A DNA stretch of 64,000 nucleotides, from contig CDMY01000471.1 in the NCBI GenBank assembly GCA_001179505.1, positions 1-64,000 of the forward strand, read 5' to 3'. Numbering within the stretch: the first letter of the stretch is position 1; each line of letters starts with the position of its first letter. Under the pieces are notes generated by a model that was given only the letters and a program-made list of their open reading frames with translations, did no database searches and had not been told where the DNA came from. A program made the translations under genes and the position numbers. Positions 1 to 11,435 of the stretch are shown here, piece after piece. Source of the DNA: Vitrella brassicaformis CCMP3155. Lineage: Eukaryota; Protista; Chromerida.

Positions 1-63
1 CGCACCACAGGCCTCTCTGCCTCCCTCCCCTCCCACCATGTGTGTCTCTGTCTGTCTGTGTAG

Positions 64-1101
64 GTGATTCCCCACGAGAAGACCACGATGCTGCCGCCCG
101 GCCCCACCAATTTTGTCATTCCGTCGATCATCAAGGGCAACTTCACTATCGACATACCGCCCGGTAAGCAGCCAATTGGCTCATCCACACCGCAGCCGTC
201 CCTCCCGGCCACCGGTCTGTCTGTCTGTCTGTCTGTCTCCAGGTATGAGAATCACCCGGGAAGAGCTGGTGCATTACGTCCGGGCCACCAAGGGCATCGA
301 CCTCAATCAGTGCAAGGAAATCGCCCCGCCAATGCCGCTGCCCGAGGGGACCGGTCAGCCACACACACACAAAACACACGTGTCCATAATGATCCCCTTT
401 TTCGTGTCTGTGTGCAGCGCCCACGTCTATAGAGGCCCATTTCGAGAATGAGCCGCTCCCCGAGTACGTCAAGAACGCCAAGCCGTGGCCGGTGGATGAG
501 TGGGGTCCCCTGCCGCACCCCAGCCAGATGGCAGACGGCCACACCTGGACCGGCCCGCCCGTCAAGGTGGGCGAGCCCCTCAAGACCACACTGGAGGGGC
601 CGCCCCAGGGATGGATCCCCAACCAGCACCAACTCAGGATCGTACGCGACACACAGACATTGATGAGATACAGCGAGGCGTGAGAGACACGAGTGCATTC
701 CATTCTCTCTCTCTTTGCGTAGATGGCCGAGCACAAGTTGACCCCGAAGCAGTGCGGCTACCAGGGGCCGCCCATCCGCATGCCCGTGAGTGACACACAA
801 CATCACACAACACAGCAAACAGACACACAGGCAGATGTCACCTCCCATGTGCACTCATTGCTGTGTCTCTTCCTGTCTGTCTGTCTGTCTGGATGTCTGG
901 ATGTGTGTATGTGTGCAGATGCTGATGGCGCCCCCGCCGCCTTTCCCTGGTGCTGGTCGTCCGGTTGCGCCGCCTCCCGCCGCCCCTGCCGGCCCTCCCA
1001 TGGTGATGATGATGCGGCCGCCCATGGTGCCACCCCCGCCCGCACACATGATCGCACCCAAGAAGAAATGTAAGAGACCACACACACGGGATCGGCTGTG
1101 A
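64..1101 (+). CDS. Alveolin/IMC1-family protein, 3' part only (5' exons lie upstream of the window)
   Basis: GT-AG exons 64-163, 243-353, 418-641, 723-785 and 919-1101 join in frame (VIPHEKTT...GMRITREEL...APTSIEAHFENEPLPEY...MAEHKLTP...MLMAPPPP...KKKCKRPHTRDRL*). Nearly identical to the C-terminal exons of the VPV-repeat gene at 44342-47380. Confidence 0.8.
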
Positions 1102-3284
1102 TGGGATGTGCTGCAATGTGATGGGATGGGATGTGTTGTGGTGGTCAGCATCAACGAAGAAGTCCTGCGGGGTTGGGTTCTTCGGCTGGTTCACCGGCTC
1201 GAAGAAATAAACAACCAAGTAAGCGGCTGACCATGCAGCCACACCAGACAGACACACACGCCTACTCGTGCTGCACACACAATCGATGTCTCTCTGTCTC
1301 TCTCTCTGTCTGTGTGTTGGTCAGGAAATTCTTGTCACCATCACCACACACACACGGGGGGCCTATTTTTTGCGTATATATCACTCTAGCGTCGCTCGTG
1401 TGTATTGTGATTTGTTTCGTAAGTAAGTCGTTCTCTATAGGCCGGATATATACTCTTCCTCTGCCCTCTATTGCTGGGCCAATTCTCAACACTCGCTGTC
1501 TGTCTGTCTGTCTGTCTGCCATGGTTCCTGGATTGCTGGTGACTTTGTGTGTGCGGCCATGCCAAAGTGAGCCGACACACCGCCCATTCGCTCGTGCGTG
1601 CGATATTAATGGCTGCCCTGTGTTTGTCTCTTCCTCTTGTCTGGGTGGGTCTCTCTAAATCACAACACATCTCATCATACCGCTTCGAGCACTGTCCTCT
1701 TGGTTGGGGGTTTTTCGGGCTTGGTTTGCTTTGCTGGAATGATCGCCTGCCTGCCTGCCTGCCTGAGTTAGCCACACACGACATCACACCACACCACATC
1801 ACACCGCCAGTCATTCACACACTGTCCTCTGGGGGGTTCTGGGCTTGATTTGTTTTGCTGGATGGATTGCTGGGCTTCCATAGAGTGCGTGGGCCATTGC
1901 CAAAGTGGGCCCTCACCAACCAGTGCACTGCAGCTGACATGACTGACTGGCCTGTGTCTCTTCCCTCTCCCAAACCACACACCAGCAGACAGACAGACAG
2001 ACAGACGACAGACTGAGACACACAGAGACATAGAGTTTTAAAGTACAGAGGGAGGGGAACAGAAGTGCATGGGATAGACGCAGAATGGACTGCGAGCAGA
2101 TACAGTGCATCAACGGAATGGAAGAAAGATGGTTGTTGATCAAAAACATCTCTATGTACGAGTGACGGTGGGTCGATCGATGGGGATTTGTTCGAGAGAG
2201 ACAACTTGACTTGCATGGGGCGGGATCGATCCCTCCTCCCCTCAAACCTGTTTGGCTCTGCGTGCTCATTTGCACGAGTGACGGCTGGCACACACGGTCT
2301 TAATTAAGCCGTGCACGACTACCGAGTCGGGAATGAAAGAACACTGAAGACGCACAACTGGCGGATCAACTGGGATGGTATGTGTGCAGACATGAGCCGT
2401 GGTGCGACCATCTTCATGATTGAGGACTGACTGCGTGTTGTTGCCATAGTTTCACGCACCCATCTTTTCATCGCTTGGCCACACAAATCCCACGCCCATA
2501 TACACATACCAACACACAAATGCCATTCATTCGCTAGTCAGTCAGCCAGGCAATCAGCCAGAGAGACGGAGAAGGAAAGACAGTCGTGGATGCATTCGGC
2601 CTTAACAGCTGTGGCGGCTTTACAACGAAACACAGACATGACGAGACCTCGGCTGCTCTATTGCCTTCCCTCTAGTTTGATTGACGCATGGCAGCTGCTG
2701 CGATTGGCATGGCTTTGCCGGAGTGTATTGGCCGGCCGTGTGATGACTCGTTACTTGCTCTGCAGACACTGAAGTGGCCGGTAGTCGTTGTGTCATCGAT
2801 CTGTTCTGATGTGGTGCGTGTGGGGAGGCTGGCTTGCGCTCTGTGGGGGGAGGGGTGTGTGTGTGTGAGTGGGTTTATGCGTGTGTGTGTACTGAATTGG
2901 TGGACACAGTTTGATTGGATGTGTGTGAATTCACCTACTGCAGAAGTCAGTGCAATTCACACATACGAAGATGAACAGACGTACACATATCATGGGACGT
3001 TCCTGCAGTCGACACCGCGCCCCTCCATCTCATCTACTCACATGTCGCTGGAAGTGGGCCCTCCGCCGCAGCTAAGCTAACAGCACAACTCTATACCTCC
3101 AGGTTCTTCACTGCCAGCACCACCAGTCGACGAACAACCTCATCTGCACACAAACAGACGCACACACGCACACACAGAGAGAGAGAGAGAGAGAGACGCA
3201 CCAGTGCCATCCGGGCACTCCAAGCATGCCCCTTGTCTATGTGAATGTCTCTTCCCCACTACGGCTCACTTGTTTGTGTTTCCC

Positions 3285-5089
3285 CTACTGTGGTATGATG
3301 TGGGCGAGGCGGTGTTTGGTCAGGAGGGAGCGGGTCAAGGACATTGCGATGGGGAATCGGTCAGACAGCCGCGTGTGGCCCTCGATGGCCGCTTCGGTCG
3401 TGTAGAGGTCGATGTTGCCACTGTTCAGGTACAGGTATGCAGCCATGGTCTCACCTTCCTTCTTGCCCTTGAGGATGATGAGTCGCTCCCGCTCGTCATT
3501 CCCCACCCCCTGCCCCTCGTAGATGAAGTCGATGGTGGTGTGCCCATTGATGGGCTCGGTCAGCAGTAGCTGATAGCGCTCATCGCCGCCGCCCACTGGC
3601 TCGTCGAGTACCTCCTTCTCGTCCACCCCATCTTGTTTGTACCACTGCACCAACACCATCCGTCGGATGAAGGCCGTGAATGAGGGGAAGAGGTGGCCAT
3701 CGTGGCGGATGGGCGGGTTGTGGGGGTCGTATGTGCGGCGGTAGGGATGCTGGGGAGGGAGACCGGACTTGGGCACCGTCTCGAACTCCCACTGGCGCTC
3801 GCCGACTCCAATGCGATACCGCTGTCGTGTCACCCCACCGTCCCTCTCTCCCTCTCCCTCTTCTCCATCCTCTCCATCCCCCCTCTCGGCATCCTTCTTG
3901 CCCTCGTTGTCATCGGCCTCATCCACCTTTGTCAGTGCGAGGCTGGTCCCCTGGTAGTTGAGGAGGTGGCCGAATGTGCTGTACTGGCGAAGGGGAGGGG
4001 CATGGTGTGGAAGTCGGCCTTGGTGGGCAGCTGGGCCGCCATCCACTGAGCCGACATGATCAGAGGCAGACCAGTCGACGGCGTCAGCTTGTAGATGTCA
4101 GCCAGCCGGATGAAGTCGGGCCACTCACACCACACCGCCCCGCCATGCTCCAGTGCATAGCAGCACTGGGACAGATAGCAGAAATGCGACACATGACGGC
4201 CGCCACCGCCTGCAGCTGCAGGGGCCGGTGGGTCACTGCTGCTGCTGCTGCTGGTGTGAGGGGCAGGGGTGGGCGCCGCGGCATTGGATGTGTCTGCTGT
4301 CCGCTCCACGTCGATGAGGCCGGTCAGCGAGTGGCGGCTGAGGTGCTTGTCGATGCGGCGCTGCACAAAGGCCTCATTGACGAGTTGGCTGCCGTGTGCC
4401 CTGCTGATGGGGCGGGCCGAGCAGACGGCCTCATCGATCGGCAGGCACGGGTAGATGACGTCGCGGCAGACATCAGGCGGCAGGCCGTCGGCCGAGTCGG
4501 CGGGCGGGGGCGGCTTGGCCCAGCCGATGGGCCGAATGGTGCCCTTGACGCCATCCTCGACGACACACAGCGCATCTTTAGCCGACGAGAGAGCGGCGAA
4601 GACGCTCACCCACTTATCGGCGAGAAAGGGCGTCTGCACCAAACAAACACACACACAGACAACCAGGGAGAGAGTGACGGCTGCAGTACTCTCGTGTGTG
4701 TGTGTGTGTGTGGTTGACCTGTGCGGCGACTGTGGTGTTGAAGAGCTGCTGCACACCGGCAGCCTCTCGTGTGACCTGCAGACACCGCACACACACACAC
4801 AGTGGATGGGAGCACACCAGCAGTGAGGCCATTGGGCCTCTCATGCGCCACGTGCCTGATCTATGTGTGTCTGCAGCGATGCGATGCGCTCCTCCAGACG
4901 AACCAAACCCTCACTGATGGACTGTTACACACACACACACAAACCACCCGATGAATGATGGCCGTTTGTGTGCTCTCTCGAGTGAATGCGTTCGCTTCTC
5001 GATATGATGCTCACCGGGGTGTTCTCATTTGCAGCGGCCGAGTCGCCGCCTTGTGTGCGGGGACGCTTCGGCTCTCCTTCAATGCTCAT
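3285..5089 (-). pseudogene. F-box-like expanded-family member, copy A, frameshifted
   Basis: ATG 5089 (MSIEGEPKRPRTQ), three short exons and a long final exon. 1-bp deletion near 3994-3995 (atgcccctc-cccttcgcc vs atgcccctcgcccttcgcc in paralogs) splits ORFs 3932-4798 and 3285-4046. Could be an assembly error. Confidence 0.8.
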
Positions 5090-8000
5090 GCTCGACAACC
5101 AGAGCTACATTCACAATAGTAGTAGGGCACATCTACGGAGCAGGTTTCCGTCATGGTGTGCTTGTGTGTGTGTGTGTGAACCAATCGCCGCATTTTCCCA
5201 CCTTGTTTCCCACTCACTGTCGGACGAGAGGCTGCTACGTGGCGAGGATGATGATGGACAATAAGCCGCCGATGGATCAGTTATCACACGAGAAGCGGCT
5301 GAGCGTGCACAAGCAGGGCTTGGGAAGCACAAAGAGGGCCTGGGAACAATTGCCTGGGAAGCGATTCGTGTCTATTTATCTGGCTCTCTCTCAGCTCGCA
5401 TCGATCGGCTCGCAGGTCGACAAAGGAGGGCGAAAGACCCCTCCGGTAAGCCCACAGGACTCTTCGGAACTCAATCATCCAGTCGCATTGAGCCGCGCTC
5501 ACTTTGGATGAATCGTTTTGGCGGGATCAGCAGCTCACATGGCTCGACTGTGCGCATGTTGTGATCGACAGACTCGTATGTGCCCACAATGTATGTGTCT
5601 GCACCGACCAGACAGGCTTGTGAGTAAAGACAAAGACACGTTAGTGAAAGGCACTCGTCGCTGGAGTGAGTCAGTCTGCATGTACGTGACGCGAGCAATC
5701 TGAGCAGCCAAGGCTAGGCTAGTAAACCTATCAATCATTCTATCTATCTGTCTACCCATACATATCAGCCTGCAGTCGGCACTGCGATCGACAACGTCTG
5801 TCGCCACGAACCAATCAATCAATCAATCAACAGATGTACAGACATCCAATCCATCCATCCATCCCGTCCACGCATCCATCTCTCCTGACGCCGCAGTCGC
5901 AGTACTAGTGTCCTTCCCCCGCCTTGCCCTGCGTGGCCCGCCTCCCGCGAGCCATGCACGACACAAATAGTCAGGTGTGCCAGCCGCTTGCCGGCTGTGA
6001 ACGTATTGACATCCACAAAACGTGGCTGGCCCCGTGTCTGAGTCGTCTCTCCCTGCATCTGACGTGTAAAGGCCGATATGGCAGGATGGGAAATGACACG
6101 AGTCATGTGCCACGCCCATCGTCCCACAGCCGCCCCACATGCGATACGCAGGCAAGCACGACATTGACACTGACACGGCGACGACACGCACCACCCTTTG
6201 GTGCCAACCAATAAAACACCACGCCCGACCGATGTGCCGACGTGTCCACCAATGTCACGGCCTGCCCTTCCCACACCTCATGTCGACCCTCGCGACCAGT
6301 GGGCAGTGACAACGGATCTGTGTCACCACACAATGATTGCCAGAGTGTTGATGACGTGTGGGAAGAGACTGGGATGATGTCGGAGCAGCAACCAGTGGCA
6401 GGACTGTCAGGTTTTGCACGCCATGGACACAGCCAAGTAGAGTTGAGAGCACTTCAGGTCAAACACCTTGGTCCACGACAATGCGACGGCGGGAGGGAGG
6501 GAGGGAGGGAGGCCAGCACTCAGTCAGGCAGCCAGTCAGCCAGTCAGGTAGTCGGCGGTTGATCGGTCAGTCAGTCAGTCACGGTGACTGAGAGACTACA
6601 CATGTATGCATGCTAGTACACTAGCGGACGTACGGGGAGGCAGGAGGGAGGGAGGGAGGGAGGTAGGGAGACAGCGTGTATGTATACGTCTCGAGCTCAC
6701 GTATGTGTCCATGCACTCATGGATCGATCGTATTGTACCGTCTGTACCATGATGTATGTATGTGTCGCATGGTGGATGCTGGCTGATCCAATGCAACAAC
6801 GACAGGAGACGATTCGAGACGAGACGAGACGAGACGAGACGAAAAACCGCTTTGCCGATTCATTGATTAAGTGAGTCAGTAAGTGGTCGCGTGAGTGAGC
6901 CGACACTGTGACAAAGACCTGTGTGCAGCAGGCAGCCAGTGAGCCAGTCAGTCATGATGCGATATGTATCCACGTGTGGATGCAAGCGACGACGAGATAG
7001 AGAGGGAGGGAGGGAGGGAGGGAGAGACAGCCAGGGAGGTAGGCAGGCAGTTAGACAGGCCGATCGACGTTCTCTATCTAAGCTCTACGGGTGCCAGCGA
7101 CGACTCGCACACAGGTAACATGGTTGGAGGGACGAAAGTCACACCCATGCAGTTGGTTAGTCAGTCATTCATTGTCCATATACTGTACGCGTCGATACAT
7201 ATTATCACACTCACACACACACATGTCAAGTCAAAAGCCAACAGCCACGCACTATGTTAAGTGAAACCAACCAACATGGGGACAAAAGCCTCATCCGCGT
7301 GCACTGACTGTCACGGGCACCACGTGAGCACGGCGGACTACAAACTGACGCAGGAGGGAAAACGCAGAGAGATAAGGAAACAAATCACTTACCAATCAAT
7401 CAATCACTTCGCACGTACGTGAAAGTACGATGGACAGACAGAGAGAGAGAGAGATAGAGAGAGACGTCCATTCATCTGATGCCATGCATGTGATATCTAT
7501 AGGGACACACCCACCCCCACCCACCCACGCCTCCCAGCCGCCATAGCCTTTCCTCCAGAAAAAAGAAAACGCGACGACGTGACGACGGGTGTGTGAGCAG
7601 ACACAGGGGCGCGCACAAAGGAACGAACGGAGGCAGGCAGGCAGAGAAAGTACAAGTGCGTTTCTGCACAGCCAGGGGTGAACAAAGGCAACGGCACAAA
7701 CACAGCACAACACAAAGCAGAGATAGGATGACAACACAAGGCCACAATGAACACGATGCACGAAACAAACACACCGCACCACAGCACACCTACCATAGCC
7801 ACACGCGACAGTATCCTATCAGATCACATCGCCAATCCAATCAACCATTCATTCACTCAATGAGCAAGGACCAAAAGCAGGAAAAAAGAGACCGCTTTGA
7901 CCTTCCCTCTCTCCCCCTGTAGACCCCTCGCAGCCTCCCGCTCGCTCACAACAGCCAGCTAGACGATCCCCCCATAAGGCATGCATAATTAACTAACGTC

Positions 8001-8139
8001 TGATGTCTGTACTTGCACTAAAATCCAGCCTTCGATCCACACCACACCCAGCTAGAGAGATAGCTACAAGTAGATGGGCTGACTGATGGATCAACAAACG
8101 AGACCGAGCGACCGACCGACACACCACCAACCCCCTCCC

Positions 8140-10640
8140 TCAGTTGAAGAGGTCCTCGGAGGTCTCCTCGACGATCCTCGACGCCAGCCTGTTGATGGGG
8201 ATGAGGTACTGCGCCGTGCCCCTCTTGCTGATCCGGCTCTTGACACCACCGCCGACACACGACATGAGGCGACGCAGCTGTGGAGACCCAAGTGGCCTGA
8301 TGCCAGACATGGTGGTGGTGCGGCTCTGCTTGTTGCGGAACCGGTCGATCTCCTCAGCGGTAGGTTTGCAAGAGGCCAGCGTCCGTGTGCGGATGTCGCG
8401 TCGACCTACGGGCACAACGAGGCGAGGCGACAGCGCATCAAGTGCGACCTCCCCGTCGTCTGTGCTCGCACTCGTCGTGGCAGTGCTCCGTCGGTGCTTC
8501 AGCAGCGACTCACTGACGCCCATCTTGCCCACGGTCGGCGCAGGGGAGGCATCCGAGGCGCCCTCGAACTCCGACTCGGGCTCCTGCTGCAGGGGGAAGG
8601 GCTCCTCGGCGAACGAACCCGGGCTGGGGGTGCCCATATCAACCGGGGAGGCGGCCTCGGCCTCGTCCTCCTCCACGCCGGCCATCTCCATGTCCATCCA
8701 GCCGCCGTCCTCCGTGTCGCTGCCGTTGGAGGACCCCTCATAGCGGCCGAAGACGAACTGGACGTCGTCACCCAGCCCCATGAGGCCGCCGAAGCCGGCG
8801 ATAGGCGTCATGGAGGTGAAGGAGCGAGTGGACTTGAAGGGGAGGGCTGAGGGGGTGGGCTGTTCGGATATCTGCTCGGCGGGAGGGGGGAGGGAGCTGT
8901 AGGTCTCAGAGATGAGCTGGGTCAGCTCCGGGAAGAAATCGGTGGGTCGATCGCGGCCGTAGCTGAAGTCCAGGTGGCCCCAGTTGGGCACGATGCACAC
9001 GCGACACCGGTTGCCGAAGTTCATCAGAAGGTAGGCCTCCTCCGCATCTGATGGCACACAGACACACAGGAATGGATGGTTGTTTGTCGGTCGGTGTGCG
9101 CGCCTCACTGGACTCTCACCAGCATCGAAGAGGTTGTCCTTTCCTGCGAGGTAAGCGTCGACGGGAACGGAGATGTTGTGCAGGGGGTAGTCGAATGACT
9201 TGGTGCTGATGGGGCTGGTCTGGGCCTGGCCCTCGGCGTCCATCGTCACCTCCTCAGCCACTATCGTACTCGACCGACGCATCAGCTTGATCACGGGCAC
9301 CCTCTTGTCGCCCACATACCTGACGGATGGATGGACGACACGGGGAGAGCGAGTGAGACAAGACGTTGGTGTCTGTCTGTCTGTGGTGTGTGTGGAATGG
9401 ATTGTGTTGGCGTACCTGCCGATGGGTCTCTTTTCCTCGATGAGCTGCCTCCAGTGGCACATGTTCTTGTGGGCCTGGAAGCCGCCCGCCAGCTGACGAT
9501 AAAGCATCGCCTGACCCAAGGACGAGCCGCCCAGGGGCGTGAAGTGGAACCCAAGAATCTGTAAACAGCCATACAAGTGACACACACACAGCATGATCAA
9601 CATGTTTCCCTCCCCCTGTGTGGTGTGTCGGGTCGGTCGGTCGCTGCTGCTTACGTAAGTGATCCACGGTCCGAAGAGCCTTCTGAGTAGGTGTGGCGCG
9701 CAGAACTGGAGCACATGGATGACTTTCTGGAAGGTGTAGGCCGTGTAGGTGGACCAGCAGATGAAGGCGAGGGCGAGGCGGGCCACCTGGTTGACGCGCT
9801 CGGGGGTGCGGAAGACGATGCCGGGCGCCAAGAGCACCAGACGATTGACCTTCAGATTCAGATACGGGTTCAGCGAGAGAGCACCCAACACCTGAGTACC
9901 GCCCTGTTGTAGACAGACAGACAGACGGGACGACAATCCACACACACATGGATGGGATGTGATGCCTTCCTGCTGGTGTCGGTTCGGTCGTGCGCGCATA
10001 CCTGAGACTGGCCGAGCACAGTGAGTGATTCCTCCCCGGTGAAGGCCAGGACGTACTCAATCATCTCGGGGAAGTCATAGTGCGCCATGTGCTCAAAACT
10101 CCAGCCGTCCTTGTCGTCACCCGTGCAGTCGCTCATGTCGGCGAACGGCGTCCCGCGGTTGTTGCCCAGCCACACGTCGAAGCCAGCGGCCACCAGCTGA
10201 CCCGCCAGGCTGTCCTTGCCGCCGTTGAAGACCCAGGCGAACGAGGTCTCGGTGATGCCCGACTGGAGGAACACCACGCCGGCGGGCTTCTCGTCTTCCC
10301 TGGTGTTGCTCTTGTTCTTGCTGCTCTTGACGATGCGGTGCATGGTGATCCTGACGTTGTCGCTGGTGCGGACGCTGTGTCGCTCCGCGGCCAGGTGGTC
10401 GCCGCACTCCATGTTGATGTACTCGACCACATCGTCGGTCTGGTTGAGGGGCAGGAAGGACCGGTGCCGCTTCCTCTGGCTCGTGTACGCCCAGACGTAC
10501 CCCACAGCCAGGTACAGGAGCCGCATCAGGAAGATCCACACGGCGATGGCGACCTCGAGGGGGAGGAGGAAGGTCCGGAGGACGGACAGCAGCCGGACGG
10601 GGGGGGCGAAGAGCCGGGACACGTCCCGCTCAATCAACAT
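8140..10640 (-). CDS. AB-hydrolase lipase (lysosomal acid lipase-like) with long Ser/acidic C-terminal tail
   Basis: GFDVWLGNNRG, YDFPEMIEYVL, nucleophile elbow GQSQ|GG across the intron after 10002, candidate catalytic Asp (AGKDNL) and His (WGHLDF). Multi-exon; start MLIERDV at 10640. Confidence 0.85.
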
Positions 10641-10859
10641 GACGAAAAAGGAGCCAAAAGGACACTCGAGGGGGGAGGGGTGGGAACTGTGAGGGAGGGA
10701 GCGAGGGAGGCGGGATCTCAGGGGGGGGAGGCGCGCTCCGGGATAGACAGACCTCACGGAAAGGACGGACGACTCGCTGAAAACCGCCTCACAAAGCGCA
10801 AACAAGCAGCAAAGATTCGAAGATCCTCCTTTTCAAGCTCGCTGTCTTGCGAGCTAATC

Positions 10860-10882
10860 AAACCCTAACCCTAACTAAACCC
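10860..10882 (+). promoter_or_regulatory. Telomere-like/telo-box motif AAACCCTAACCCTAACTAAACCC in divergent spacer
   Basis: Two CCCTAA units lie about 70 bp upstream of the SNAPC1-like ATG. Function is inferred only. Confidence 0.3.
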
Positions 10883-10953
10883 GCTTCTCTCCCTCGATTA
10901 AACCTCTCCGCTCCACGCCTTTCCTCAGCGTTAGTGAGAGCGATAGAGAGGAT

Positions 10954-11403
10954 ATGGTGCAGAAGAAGGCGCAGAAGGAGCAGACCTATTCCACGGCCAA
11001 GGTCAAGCGCGTCGGGAGCTACTTCAAGGGCTTCTACTTCCCCCTGGTTCTCCAGAACCGCTGCAAGCACTACCTGGCTGACCTGCAGACACTGATCAGG
11101 GAGTTCAAGGCGGATTACGAGGCATCCGACAAGGTGCGTGAGTAAACACAGGCAGAGGGACTGACTCATTGGCTGCTGGCATGTGTGTGGTTTGTGTGGT
11201 TGTGTGGCTGCAGAAGCATCCTGGGAGTTTTCCGCTGTTCCGGGATGTGTTTCGACGGCTCCATTTCTCGGAGATCCACCGGACGGCTGAGGGGGAAGAC
11301 CATGCACTCGCCTTTCAGCTGCTCACTGGCGTGTGCCTGGGTGAGTGAGTATGCAGATATATCACATCAAAGCGGCCAGCCACAGACGCCGTGACGGGTG
11401 TTG

Positions 11404-11435
<32 letters not shown>

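Larger units (their letters stand above)
1..5105. repeat. Left arm of inverted segmental duplication (partner 40845-45403)
   Basis: Reverse complement matches 45403->40845 across alveolin exons, introns, intergenic DNA and F-box-like gene. Similarity fades about 15-20 bp upstream of the ATGs at 5089 and 40861 (shared ggttgtcgagcATG). Confidence 0.9.

Noticed and set aside
1131-3080. ORFs in the intergenic part of the duplication (e.g. 1131-1658, 2688-3080)
   Set aside because: Frames are not preserved in the inverted copy, so the similarity reflects recent duplication rather than coding constraint.
3994-3995. Programmed ribosomal frameshifting as an explanation for split ORFs in A, C and E
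   Set aside because: Lesions fall at different positions, paralog B is continuous, and no slippery heptamer is shared.
3560-4717. Long antisense ORFs opposite family genes (also 10080-10868, 41222-42241, 53546-54574)
   Set aside because: Shadow ORFs caused by high-GC codon usage on the coding strand.
5110-8000. Many 60-160 aa ORFs
   Set aside because: They are built from microsatellite translations (VCVC, TDRQ), with no coherent exon chain or recognisable motif.
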